A stretch of 57,752 bases of DNA, filler included, from Catajapyx aquilonaris (Eukaryota): the NCBI GenBank assembly GCA_000934665.2. It is 3 parts of 3 records of this genome, joined end to end, with 100 filler letters (N's around TTAATTAATTAA, not from the genome) between each part and the next. Parts side by side here need not be neighbours in the genome. Positions count along the whole stretch, not along the records: positions 1 to 19,144 come from JYFJ02006519.1; 2 more parts are not named here. The stretch is one strand, 5' to 3'. Shown in pieces: positions 1-11,666 of the stretch. The translations under genes and the position numbers were made by a program. The notes beneath the pieces were generated by a model. The model was not told the DNA's origin. It saw nothing but the letters and a program-made list of their open reading frames with translations, and made no database searches. Position 1 is the stretch's first letter. Each line of letters begins with the position of its first letter.

Positions 1-95
1 GCCTGCGGCGGGCTTTCTCCCCCCCCCTAGGTGGGCCGCAAGATATTTTCCCTATCTAATGTGGGCCGCGACCAAAAAAAGTTTGGGAACCACTG
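1..95. mobile_element. End of a non-autonomous hAT (Charlie-like) element, truncated by the window edge
   Basis: Ends in aaagtttgggaaccactg (reverse complement CAGTGGTTCCCAAACTTT, a typical hAT terminus), followed by the 8-mer ctctagag. The other end is outside the window. Confidence 0.6.
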
Positions 96-200
96 CTCTA
101 GAGTCTAGACTCTATAGTCATGTCTAGGGCCGCTACAGGCATGTTTCACTGTATTACTAATATCTTTAGTATAGAGGTGCCTTTTTCATGTAGCCTATAC

Positions 201-1109
201 CTTGAACCTCTTTAGGAAGACTGGATTGCATTTGTCCCTCGTCTTTAGGCGTTTATAGCAGTCGTTGCATAGTATCCTTTCAGCAGTCAAATCTAGTTCC
301 ATGGTAGCCTGCTTTTCTTCCTCTTTTTCGTTCCGTGGCGGCAACCATGTCCTTGGGGCCGACCAGTAGTTTATCCCAGGAGTCCGTCTGCATTTTATGC
401 ACTTATAGAGTTGCATTAGTTGCTCGTCGTAACATCGAAACATTGCATTGTTAACAACGCTTCGGCCCGTTCCTAGATGTGTCTGGACAGGAATAGATTG
501 ACCCACAGTGGCGTACTCTGGCTGGTATCTTCCGGGCCTGTCATCATAGATAATATTATGTAGCACAAGATTAGTAATAGAACAGGGATTGTTAATTCCT
601 AGGAGACCTAAGCCCAATAACCCTAAGCCATCAGCCTTGAGTTGTTGCCAGCGAACTTACCCAGGGACACCGTAGAATTTTTCTGGAGGGAATCGTGGAA
701 CTTTTGGCTTAGGGAGTGGAGTTGCAACTTCTCGTCGACGACGAAGTCTTAGTTTAGGCCCAGGATAGTATTCCGATTTGGTGTAGGTACCGGGCCCAGG
801 GGTGTTCAACTGGCTTTTGTCAACCATGGGCATATGTTGTTCCTTGTAGCGAGTCGCACCAAAGTATCTACCTCTGGTGCTGCATATTTGTTTCTCCAGC
901 TGGTACACCATGCTGGTGACTTCATCGCGATGGTAGGACATTGGACCGAGGGGATATTTGGCTTGTTCTGGGGCAATGAGACGATTTTTTATGGTTGGGA
1001 TCTGCAGATGTGGCATTGAAGGTTTTGAACTCTTGTCTCGTGGAAGTGTGCTCCCAAACGCCAAGTCAGGTATACCTATTTCTGCAAAAGAAAACTTCGT
1101 TTGTGACAT
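201..1109 (-). CDS. PIFO: Pitchfork/CIMAP3-like SHIPPO(PG)-repeat ciliary/flagellar protein, paralogue A (last exon probably outside the window)
   Basis: Exon 1109-661 (ATG...FYGVP), phase-2 intron 660-538 (gtaagt...cag), exon 537-201. Splicing creates VPGPGRY, and TPGPGTY is also present. The N-terminal AFGS..R / GP..Y / S..Y.L.K...S.RG pattern matches Pitchfork as I recall it. The exon ends FK|gtatag, the same position as the strong donor in paralogue B; without that splice the ORF stops at 195. Confidence 0.75.
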
Positions 1110-1477
1110 TGTCTGTAGCCTAGTTATGGGGCATAAAATGTACAGTAGAATGAGATTAGAAATAATGACTAAATATAATTATAGTGTATGATTTAATTTT
1201 GGTGAGACAACTGTCTCGTTTATAAAAGGTTTTCTGTAATAATACACTGTATACTGACAAACTTGTAGGGAGGACGGGAGGATGACTTTGTGTACGGGGA
1301 ATCATTTGGTATCCGCAGCCTAGTTATTTAAGATAATTATTGACTTTTAGTATGTAGCATAGCATATCCTGGAAGATCCGCCTACACAAGAAGAGCACAT
1401 GAAAATCCCACTATATATGTGACTTGCAAGGACAAAATAATTATTGCATACTTTTTGTCCATCAGATGTGATACGCA

Positions 1478-2132
1478 TTTGACTCATGATGACCTTAGTT
1501 GAAAGAGGGGGAAAAATAGTCGGAAAAAAGTGGTGTTAAAATTTACGTTAACAGCACAGGAGAAAAATTGGAGGGGGGGGGGGNGGGGGGGGGGGGGGGA
1601 ATGAAATGGCGGGAAAAGGCGGGCTAGATTCTTTTATAGCTATGAAATAGAAGGCTGACTCTTCAAAATGTCAAATAAAACAGCTAGGAAGCCTTCGGAA
1701 GTATAACGTCATCATATTTCAATATTTCATCTTTGGCGAAAAAAGTAGACAAATTATTGCATAATTTCCAGGACTAATAATAATTACTTATAGACTAGTC
1801 ATATTATTGTAAGAAATTCTTTAAAATGAGTACATACACACCTTCGTCTGAAGCTTCCATATTGGAACAGTTCACAAATATTTTGTGTAACTGAAAGCAA
1901 CACTAATGAATGTGTCTCGCCGTAAATTTCGCGTAAAATTAGCTAAATATTACGGTAACTGTCATCAACTTTCAACTGCTGGTGCAGACGAAGGGTTACA
2001 CCTATAAGAAGTACAGTACAACTGCATGGCATAATAGCCTCGTCATTCATCTGTTCCAGGAAACGAAATTTTTTGGAATCAGTATAACATTTTAAAAAAT
2101 CGATTTTGGCCAGCTTTTGAGGTCAAATACTA
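1478..2132 (+). repeat. Interspersed repeat (~650 bp), unclassified TE fragment; second copy at 49806-50431
   Basis: Collinear high similarity from tttgactcatgatgacc to caaatac..cactgtg in both places, same orientation. Confidence 0.85.
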
Positions 2133-2530
2133 CACTGTGCGACGCGACGTCCAGTAATTTGCCATTTCTTTACAGTTTACAGTATATGCTGTCTTCTTCC
2201 ATATTTTTTTTTTTCTGACAGTGATAACACTGTAGTTAGCCTAGGTTGCATATTATATATTATAGATTCTTACTTTTTTTGTCTTCCTTCATTCCGGCTG
2301 CCACCTGCATGGCCCTGAGGCGGTCTCGTTTTATGAGCCATAGGCTTCTTGCTTCATCGTACCTTGCATCCATTTGGGTGGCTATACGTTATATCTGTTT
2401 GTTATATTAATTGCCTTTGAGGCTATAGTTCAACTAATGAATCTGCCTCAGGTAAAACAAATAAAATGAGTATCCATAGTTTCGTTATATTAAAGCAGTG
2501 TCGTGATCAGGCTGCCAATATTAGAACATT

Positions 2531-2611
2531 TGAGGGGCTCAGTGCCAGAGTTGCCTAAGTGCATTAAAACAAGCAAATGGTACTTAGTCACCTCTGGCAC
2601 TGAGCCCCTCA
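2531..2611. repeat. 81-bp hairpin / short inverted repeat
   Basis: tgaggggctcagtgccagag pairs perfectly with ctctggcactgagcccctca; the inner ctaagtgcatt/aatggtacttag pairs imperfectly. Confidence 0.8.
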
Positions 2612-2834
2612 TTTAACTTGTTGAAATTTCATAACACCATTATTAGTTTTCATTATTGGTTCATAATATACTACTTTGGGGATGGAAAGATCAAAATAAT
2701 GTGTGCTTGTCCTTCTGCCTTCATCTGTATTTTAGTAACATGTTAGTTATATGGACTTCTGTTTTCACTGAGGATGGGTATTGTGGGTTGTTCCATTTCC
2801 CTGAAGAGGACCAAAATAATGATGTAGAGCAGAG

Positions 2835-3040
2835 TAGGGCTGTGCGATATTTCGATACATCGACGTCGATACGATATTTTTCTAATATCGAAGTTGCGAT
2901 ATCCGAAGCTTGGCATGTGCGATGTATCGAATATCGCGATTTTTCGATGTCGGTTGTTCGATTTTCGATATATCGACTTCGATTCGATATTTTTTGAGTA
3001 TCGACAGTCGATAAGCAATTTCGGATATCACACAGCCCTA
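2835..3040. mobile_element. hAT-like MITE (TAGGG termini) rich in TCGA/CGAT motifs
   Basis: TIRs tagggctgtg...cacagcccta with a CpG-rich repetitive interior; no clear TSD. Confidence 0.7.
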
Positions 3041-3747
3041 GACATTGTAGAGAACAATAACCTATAAAACAGGGGAAGGGAGAAATTTTGTCAGTGTGCT
3101 ACAATGGGCCAACTAATTCTGATTTTGTCACTTTTACTGCCATATGCGATTGTAAACGCTCATAGTCCATCATTAGCTGCAGCAAGGCTGCAGGTATGAG
3201 CCCTTTTTGTAATCTACACTATAGTTTTCCATAGTGGTTTTGAACGTCAATATCAATGTACGTACAATGGCAACAATATTGTAAAATTTAACGATAAACT
3301 AACAATGAAATGTAAGTGTCATAAGTACTCAGGTTCCATTTTTTACATTTTATAGTTTTATTTAGGTACCGGTATACTGTATGTTGCTCTCCTGGTTGCA
3401 TACTAACAACCAAAGTAACTCTTCTTACCCTCCTGAATTTTGAAATTTTTGGATTTTCTAATTCTGCCGCTTGGCCTATAGTGTTGAGAAAACATCACTA
3501 CCTCCGCTGCTATTAAATTTCCACGTTATCGGGGTGAAAATGCAGCCAAAAGGCGATGTTCCGAAGCCACAACACCTGCATCCGGTCACGAGTCGCCGGT
3601 CCCGGCTGCCCGGTCGGGGTCGTCTTTCACCGCGTCTGTAGCTCTCTCTGGTGCCGCGAAGGAGAAGAGTCATCTCGCACGCTTTGAAGTCGAAGGCGAT
3701 TATAATAATGGGCTGGAGTCCTGGCTCTCCATTATTATAATCAAAGA

Positions 3748-4000
3748 GGTTCCTATCGGACTCATTGTCACATATGTTGTAGAATTTCATGAGCTGAGTC
3801 GATGAGCCATGTGGTGATTTTCTGTGACAAACCATTTGGCAGTTGTTTTTATGGTAACACTTCCAATAATTCCATCAGTACAAGATCCGTTGTTGAACTC
3901 GGTTACGCATCTAGCAGCCAAATGGTTTGTCACAGAAAATCACCACATGGCTCATTCGACTTTACAACATATGCGAATATATGAGCCCGGTATAGGAACC
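3748..4000. mobile_element. Palindromic MITE-like element
   Basis: Arms gagccatgtggtgattttctgtgacaaaccatttggc / gccaaatggtttgtcacagaaaatcaccacatggctc plus outer ggttcctat/ataggaacc. Confidence 0.65.
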
Positions 4001-4836
4001 ACTTGAAAGTCCGTGCAAGTCCGACTGAGCGCCTGTAGCGGCTGTAGCAGTAGATTTTCTTCTGTCTTCTGAACAATAATTGACCCTTAGGTCAAGATCT
4101 ATCAACTAACCAAGTTTCAGCCAAATCCAACCGGTGCAACTTTTCCCATAAGATTTACCCCAATATGCCCTTTACCATTTTTCGTGAATCTGCATAACCC
4201 AATTTCTTCCGGCTATATACGTAGTTATTGATATTGGTAATATAAGAACGAAATGGCACGTTTTACCTTGTTCTATTTTGGAAAAGCTTATGTATTGTGC
4301 AATACTATCCATGAATATACGATCTTACCGGTATATCTTGTGTTTTTCAAATCTTGTTTTGTACAAGTACCATAAGAGGGGGTCTCGCAGTCAGATCAAA
4401 AGCAGACTCGTAAACGATGTAGCATATCACAAATATACGTGCAGCCGTTATTTATTTTACTGTCATTGAGTATCATTGATGGAGCATTTGCTTTTGTAGT
4501 TGGACTGCAGCAACACATGTACTACTGTACACTGTACAGTATGCGAGCATGTATAGAACGATATATCGAAGATATGTCGTATGTCTGTAGAAAGCGTGGT
4601 AGAAAGTTTCAAGATTGTACCGGTGAAAGTTCAGTAATCATCGGTTTTTGCTTATTTTATGAGCATTAATTGTTTTGGTCTTGGCTGCTTTTGATCTGGG
4701 ACGCCTCATTATATTGATAAGGCTTGAAAATTGGTAAAAAAATATTTTTTTTAATTCAGGCGTAAAATAAAATAGGTATAAAAAACAAATTGGGATAAAA
4801 TAATCATCCCACAGCTGAGCTTTTCCGTGGCAATGC

Positions 4837-6744
4837 TCATTGAGGATCCAAATGATGCGCTAAATGAGCCTCGATTCTCTTCTTCTCAGCGATCTCGTAC
4901 GTTTTTGCCTTGGTTACGGCGGTGCACATGCCTTCAGCATGATCGTGATATTGGGCGCATCCACTGACCTTCTGCAAGTGATAGAGAGAGAAAAAAACAG
5001 GGATCAAGGCAATGGTACAGATTCAGTTGTCTTTGATTACTTAAAGGTACTGCATCGAAAGTGGACTAAACGACATTAGGCCTACATCATGTGGACCTTA
5101 AGGTACTGCAATTATCCTGAAAAGAAAGCATAAATTAAACTTAACAAAATAAGCACTGATTTGTTATTATTTTTTGCAATGTGCCTTCAATTTCAAGCAT
5201 CCTTGCACTTGATAGGTCTGTAATACGCGTAAAACCGGCAACAGTGAGTAAATGTGATAGTATATAGGTGCTGAAAGTGACCGCCAACGCGAAGAGAATA
5301 TAAAACTCGACATGATAATTATGTACTTCAATCAGCCTTCAATGCAGTACACAACCAAATATCATCACTTCTTACCTTAAACGGCTTTGCGTACTCTTCC
5401 ATGTGGTATTTGTACTTCATATTGACAATATGTTTGTAGCAATGACTGCACATCACTCTCTCGTAAGGTACATCGGGCGTCAACTCCTCCATGAAACTTT
5501 CAAATTGTTTTTCGGTTTGGTAAGTGACAGCAGGCTTGGGGGCAGCATAGTACGAGTTTTTCGGTCCATCGCTGCAGGTGACGCATTTCTGAAGGGCAAG
5601 CTGGTCCAGCCTCACACACCTGGCATGAGTGCCGGAAATCACCTTGCGAGCCGTTCCAAATGCTTCAGTAGTTGGAAGGCTCTTCCCGATTTCCACTTTC
5701 TCAGGGGCGTAGTAACCCACCCTAAGAATCAATATTAAGGCTTGTTAGTGTTTAGAGTGTCATGTAACTTAATTTAGGCATATACTCCCCCAGATTTTAC
5801 ATATAGTTAGAAAACATGATAGTGAAAAAAGCACTCACAGTATATCACAGCTGTGATTAATTTCTCAAAAATACTTCACGTAGTAATAAAATATTTTTGT
5901 TTTGGAACTTAGAGGCCTACCCATATTTTTAAGGGATATTAGTACGGTAAGTGAAAAAATGTGCTTTTCTCTAAAACAGTGGACCTCGGGTGATTTTCAA
6001 TATGACACTGCCTCAGTCGCGTCGTTTGCCTTTATTTAGAGCATAATATTCAGCGCTCGTCGGCTAAACAGAGCGAACGTGATTACTGATTACTTAATGT
6101 TTATACAGCATAATTGTAATATGCAGAAATACTTTGTTTCATTATTAGAGTCCTTAAACACAACTTCTCCACGTGCCCGTCAAAAAAATTAATTAAAATC
6201 TACCATGGGGACACATTTGGAACATAACTGACATCGTATGGACTACAAACTCTATTGCAATATAGTAACCAAAAATATGATCGTGGTTTGACAGAGGACA
6301 CCAGTAATGCAGTAGTGCGGTGAATACGATAGCTGAATAGCACATATATTACAAATTAAACCACAACCTCTAGGTGCACTTACGGTGGGTTATTATTCTT
6401 GATGTCGGTAAGAAATGATTTCCTGGGAGCCTGCGAAATGCGGGCAGACGGTATGTGCTTGTCATTCGAATGGACCGGATCGTAGTCCCAAGCCGACGGG
6501 TTACCCAAAAGGTGGTCGTACACATTGACTCCTCTCTTAGCTTTGTCAGCCAAGATTCCTCCCTTTGTGCTAGTTATCTTCTTATCCATGCGATAGGCGA
6601 TAGATGTTTTGTCTACTTCGTACGTACCCGGGCCTATAGCCTCTGGAGTGTTTTCTGGCTCGCGGAGAACATGATGTCTGTTACACAATGGTACTTCCCT
6701 TCGGGGCAGGGTGCTTCCGAACGCCAGACCGGGAAGAGTTTTCA
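4837..6744 (-). CDS. PIFO: Pitchfork/CIMAP3-like protein, paralogue B (5' start exon not located)
   Basis: Acceptor ttttctatccag before 6744. Exons 6744-6384, 5721-5376 and 4971-4837 (TGA). Introns gtaagt...tag (phase 2) and gtaaga...ttgcag (phase 0) keep frame. Shares LAFGSTLPR, a GP..Y motif (here GPGTY), FGT, RC, CxxC, CxxCY, FK and intron positions with paralogue A. The last exon KVSGCAQYHDH...KKRIEAHLAHHLDPQ* resembles the Pitchfork R..AYL..Y tail. Confidence 0.8.
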
Positions 6745-7477
6745 CTGGATAGAAAATGACAACAATATATTTAAAATATCCTCTAAATCGGAGGAGTTCA
6801 TTTTAGAAGTTTATCTTAATCATCATGCTGTATAAGGACATTGTGGTTATCGCTTTGAGGGCTCGAATCCTTAGCAATTGTTTGGCTGTGACTCCTCAAG
6901 ATGCATGAAGTAGTTAAGATTTGTTTCTAAGATTAACCCCACGCGAAATTGACAAGGATTGATTTTATTTATCAGAGGTTCTTACATGTAATGCTGCAGA
7001 AAGAGAGTCGTGGATTTTTTGGGCACCTTGAGCATGTAATACCATAACCAAACCATAACTCCAAGAGGATAAGTACAAATCCGAAACTTGATGTGTGCGT
7101 TGGATACCTATTTTAACGCTCTATGGGATGGCGATACTGATGATTACGAGAATCAAAAATTTAAGTCAAAATTTGGCGCTCCAATTTTGATTTTAATTTA
7201 TCTCAAACTTGGACCATTTTAAGATTTTTTGAATGACCCTTAAAATGAAGCTGGACATGTCTGGCCGATATTTTCGAAAATTCTCCGAGGACGAATTTGG
7301 TCTTTCACGCGCAAGAAGCCGAAACGCAACCCGTGTGGATTATGGGAGTACAAAATCAACATTAAAGATGACAGGTAACTTTAAAAAACAGAATTTCCCT
7401 TGTATAATATTGGCTGGGCCAGAAACCTTTGTTACACCCTGTATTAAATGGAAGAATGCGAAGCGTATAAAAATAGG

Positions 7478-8007
7478 GTCAGTTATCATGTTTTGACGTG
7501 AATACGTCTTTAAAATCGGGTCCGTATGGAGGGGGGCATGCAGGCAAACTCGAGCGTTACAGAAAAGCGTTACAGTCTATTATAACCGAGTCTACTATAT
7601 CCGAGTCTGCTATATCCGAGTGTACTATATCCGAAGTGGCTAAATTCGGATCCGCATAGGGGGCATGGAGGCAAACTCGAGCGTTACAGGAAAGCGTTAC
7701 AGTATATTATAACCGAGTCTACTATATCCGAGTCTATTATAACCGAATCTACTATATCCGAAGTGGCTAAATTCGGATGAATAGGGGGCATGGAGGCAAA
7801 CTCGAGGACCCTGCCAGGGGGCCCATGGCGGGGGCATGCAGGGAGATTCTTAGGAGGGTCACCATGACTGTCCAGACTTTAGGGTCACCATACATGTGTC
7901 CAGACCCCCCATTCACTCCCCCCAATACTGGTCCGATTTTAAAGATGGTCGTATTCACGTCAAAAGCTGCGGCTTGTGTTCCCGACACAACCTAATGGGT
8001 TTTTTTT
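7478..8007. mobile_element. Non-autonomous element with subterminal inverted repeats and internal ~130-bp tandem repeats (HINE/DINE-like or TIR element)
   Basis: ttttgacgtgaatacg..tctttaaaatcgg (7491) is inverted at 7933-7965. About 2.3 tandem units lie at 7517-7805, followed by a ttgtgt/acacaa hairpin and a T-run. Confidence 0.55.
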
Positions 8008-8336
8008 CCGTTTGAGTAAGTGCCTGAAAATATGGCATGTTGGTTATCATGTAGCCCGTGTTGCTATCTGGTGCATGATATGTGAACTTTGAGTATACAA
8101 AAGTGTTTGTCATGTCTTTTACATAGTTGCTAGGTGTTTAGATCAAAACTGACATTTTTGTCAGTTATCATGTTTTTCCACCACAACCCTCAACTCTCGA
8201 GCGACAGCAAGTATAGCTATTATAGGGCGGTGCTAATGGTGCGCACTTCCTCTCGGAGTTTGGCTTCTTCGGGATTTCGACAAATAATAAATTGCTATGG
8301 TTGATTTTGCCAATTTAGACTGCTTTCTGGAGATAA

Positions 8337-8450
8337 TGGGTGGAATTTTCGTCGTACTATACTAGTTACTTTTAATTTAGCAGTACCATTGCATTACACT
8401 GGTACTGCTAAAGTTAAAAGCAACTGGTAGTACGACGAAAATTCCACCCA
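8337..8450. mobile_element. Short palindromic MITE; related copy at ~52312-52440
   Basis: tgggtggaattttcgtcgtacta...tagtacgacgaaaattccaccca, a near-complete foldback. Confidence 0.75.
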
Positions 8451-8512
8451 GTAACTTGCTTAATATTATTTAATAACTATCCTGCGCCCCTGGAGGCGAC
8501 CCATGTAGTATA

Positions 8513-8950
8513 CAGGGTGTATCAGAACTCTACCGTAAGCTATGTGCCAATGGCTTAATGGGCACCAGGGGATCAATTAATGTAGAGGAGTCATTATGTC
8601 TGGGCAGCCTAATTACTGAGATAATTGATCATTTGCGATTTAGCAATTGGGCCTAAGAGTGATTGTCGCAGATTGTCACAGATTGTCACAAATTGTCACA
8701 GATCACATGCGACATGCAGTACACATGCGACATGCTAGTAGCTAAATGGAAAAGCTGCTATTTTCACGAGTGATGCGATGTCGGGGCTGAAGGTTTCCAT
8801 ACCTCCCAGGATACTTTGTACTACGTGTTTGAAGGCAATTATCTCCGTAATGAGGCTGCCTAGACATGATGACCCCTCTACATATAATGATGCTCTGGTG
8901 CCCCTTATGCCATTGACACATAGCTTACGGTAGAGTTCTGATACACCCTG
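8513..8950. mobile_element. Tc1/mariner MITE
   Basis: TA-CAGGGTGTATCAGAACTCTACCG...CGGTAGAGTTCTGATACACCCTG-TA; TIRs over 100 bp; TA TSD. Confidence 0.85.
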
Positions 8951-9301
8951 TATACTGTATATGGTTCCTGGTGTGCAGGATGAGCCCTATCACCATCGTG
9001 TATGGTGAATTAAAACTTTTGTGGGATTGTATCAAGAGATGTATATTTTTGACGACCTGTGTTTCATTATTGTATTTGGTAAACATTCAACAATGATGAA
9101 ATACAGGCCGTAAAAATACAGCATTGGTAAAATCCCGTCTTACGAACAACCTGCACTGAATAGTATCGCAGTCTGTGCTGAACCAACCCTGTATAAAACT
9201 AAGACGACGAAGTAATGAGGACTTTGCCAACTACTATACACTGTATTATGCATTTGGTATTTTGGTTACAATCTTTCAGCAACAATTAGGCATACAATTG
9301 C

Positions 9302-9924
9302 CTACACTACTGCAACAAACAAGTGAACATCGTCCTGTGTAATCAGGGTTGGATCACCCCAAATATGTATTTTCATAACCATTAATACTGCCGGTCCCCT
9401 GGCTGTGTCGGCCAGGGTACCATCTGTGTTCAAACTAGGCGAATACATAGTGAATAAAAAGGCAACATACGGTCTTTAAACGATCCTTTCCTGGCTATAG
9501 CGGGGTAACCGCCAACTAGCTTCTGTACCGCGCGTAGATTGCTGCGGAAGATTCTCCACTTGTCTGCTAGATTACGTCCCTCTTGTTTTTGATTGAACAT
9601 GTCGAAAAGACTGAGAAAATCATCAGAATCCGCTTCCCCCATAATTAAAGTCAACCGTACCCCAGAACGTGAATCCCCCCGAATGAAAGTTGTTTCCTAA
9701 GCAACGTATACAGGCAGTGGTGCAAACAGCCAAGTGTAATGGCTAACCTTGTATAACGTGGATGGGCATATGAATGGAGTCAGCAGGGGCTGGTATAGAG
9801 CTGGTGTCGGCTTTCCTTCGCGTTGTAAGCTCGTGATTTTTGGGAAATCACCCCAAAAATGTTCGTAGTTCCAAACGACCATTATATTAATTTTATTGCT
9901 TTTTGGTTTTAGCTTGGAAGCCAT
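9302..9924 (-). CDS. Uncharacterised 174-aa protein, three exons
   Basis: ATG at 9924. Exons 9924-9748, 9696-9471 and 9423-9302 (TAG). Introns gttagc...ttag (51 nt, phase 0) and gtatgt...acag (47 nt, phase 1) each remove an in-frame stop, giving a 525-nt uninterrupted frame. No family recognised. Confidence 0.55.
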
Positions 9925-10206
9925 AATTATAATACTTGTATTACAGGGGGCAGCATTTTTGCAATATCAATGGTTTGCGGAAAGTTAAATATTTTGGCCC
10001 TCATCATCATTGGATGAAAAGATATTCTCAGAAAATAACTGGATAAAGAATTAGTTATTAATGTTTTAGGCAATATCGAAATTAATCACCTAATTCATTA
10101 TATCATCTGCGTGGCCTGACCATCAGTCACCAGAAGATCCATTCTAATGGTCATACGAGACGGCTAGGTGTACAAACTAGTCGTTGCTGGGATTATGCCG
10201 TGACGT

Positions 10207-10249
10207 AATGAATGAATGAATGAATGAATGAATGAATGAATGAATGAAT
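10207..10249. repeat. (GAAT)n microsatellite
   Basis: About 10 perfect units. Confidence 0.95.
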
Positions 10250-11178
10250 CTAAATTCAAACAAAGGTTGAAATTACAGCATAATATTGTTTCCTGAAAAA
10301 GTCATATTTTCACATTTTTATATAGGAAAGAAAAGATTCTGCAAGACCGAGGTAGAACCTATAGTCGTTTTATGAACCGTGAAACGTTCCCCTCTCCAGA
10401 AAACTTTGGCAAACATATTAATTTTGAAATCAGCCCAAAAATACATTTTCGCAAAGGTTTTGAGCTGATTATTGCTGCAAATACAATGCTTAAGTCTGAC
10501 CAAATCCGGCGGATAACTGATATTTTTAGGATATCTGGAGTGTAAAAAGGGATATTCCAGATATTGGGTGCAATTCTATTGCAATTAGTAAAATTCATGA
10601 GTAGGTAGGTATTTACTTTATACTAATGTGAAACCGGCACGATATTTTGCCTCTACAGTGTATTGGTCAGAAATATCTGAACCTAACTTTTGTTCCATGC
10701 GCGCAGTATTGTGTGTGCAAGTAATGAAGGCTCGGGTTTCATAGTGCAGCACAGTAATGTACAAGTAAGTACTGTACTATTCAACTTTCATTGTTTTCCT
10801 ATTTTCGGTTCAGCACAGCACAGTGTACTGTACATGCAATTTCTGAAACTTGCCTACTTTTTGCTTCGTAAATCGGTAACAAGTGACTCGTTTAATCAGA
10901 GATTTTTTCATTTTTCTTTTGGGCAGCAAAAAATGTCTTCAATAATAAGAGTGGCATGCCAAAGCATAAAGTTGTAATGCTTTTACTGCATTCAAGGGCA
11001 TCCCAATGAGAGGGTGGTTTTTCGTCACTACCAGGTTTTACAGTGTATTCATCTTCTTAAGATTTACTTTGCGTATGCTGCAACAATGTCACTTGAAGAC
11101 ATGAAGACATGCTTGTAGAGCTCAGCATGGCTCAGGTTTTTAGGGGGGAATGAGAATACGTAGAGTAAAACAATGTAA

Positions 11179-11516
11179 TTTTTTTTACGTTACCCCGTGC
11201 TAAGGCTTAGCCTTTTTAGGGGGGGGTGGGATACCACCATTTTCACTCCTTATATTAACTTCATACACCGGTGCAAGGAGACAAGGATGTAGGGTAGGGA
11301 TAGGGATTTTTGGGGGAGGGGACATAGGTGCAAGTGCAATGTCGGTAAAGGGATCATGTGCTGTCCCCCAGGAGGTTAGGTTGCCAGACACCTCCTTGGT
11401 GCAGGTCAGAGACCCTCCTGACGCAGGTGAAAGGAAAGTTCCCCAGGCGGGGATCGAACCTGGAGCCTTTCACTCAGCAAGCCGTGACGTTACCATCACG
11501 GCCACCACACCTCCCC
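11179..11516 (-). mobile_element. tRNA-derived SINE family 1
   Basis: Head ggggaggtgtggtggccgtgatgg (A box)...ggttcgatcc (B box) and an A-rich tail. Close copy at 45189-45558; a related 3' body lies at ~15040-15228. Confidence 0.85.
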
Positions 11517-11666
11517 AAATGATGTGAAAATTGTACTGCACTTGTCTAACTTGAGGAAAAGTGTCCAACTTTCAAGATACACAGGTGTCCAACTTAGCAA
11601 CATTGCAAGGGATATTTCCCATGGCCATGGGAGGGAGGTGGCCAACTTAATGTGTCCAACTTGACA

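Noticed and set aside
5403..6835. Plus-strand ORFs 5403-5738 and 6455-6835 (also 834-1191)
   Set aside because: Antisense shadows of the Pitchfork-like exons.
6981..7060. ATG-containing exon with a gtaaga donor as the start of Pitchfork-like paralogue B
   Set aside because: The available ATGs reach the donor in phase 0 or 2, but the 6744 acceptor needs phase 1; the start was left unresolved.
7135..7160. CTGATGA as a hammerhead ribozyme core (also CTGAAGA at ~2801)
   Set aside because: No GAAA at the required position and no stems I/III.
7517..7805. Repeat-spacer-like pattern as a CRISPR
   Set aside because: Whole units are duplicated, there are no unique spacers and no cas genes.
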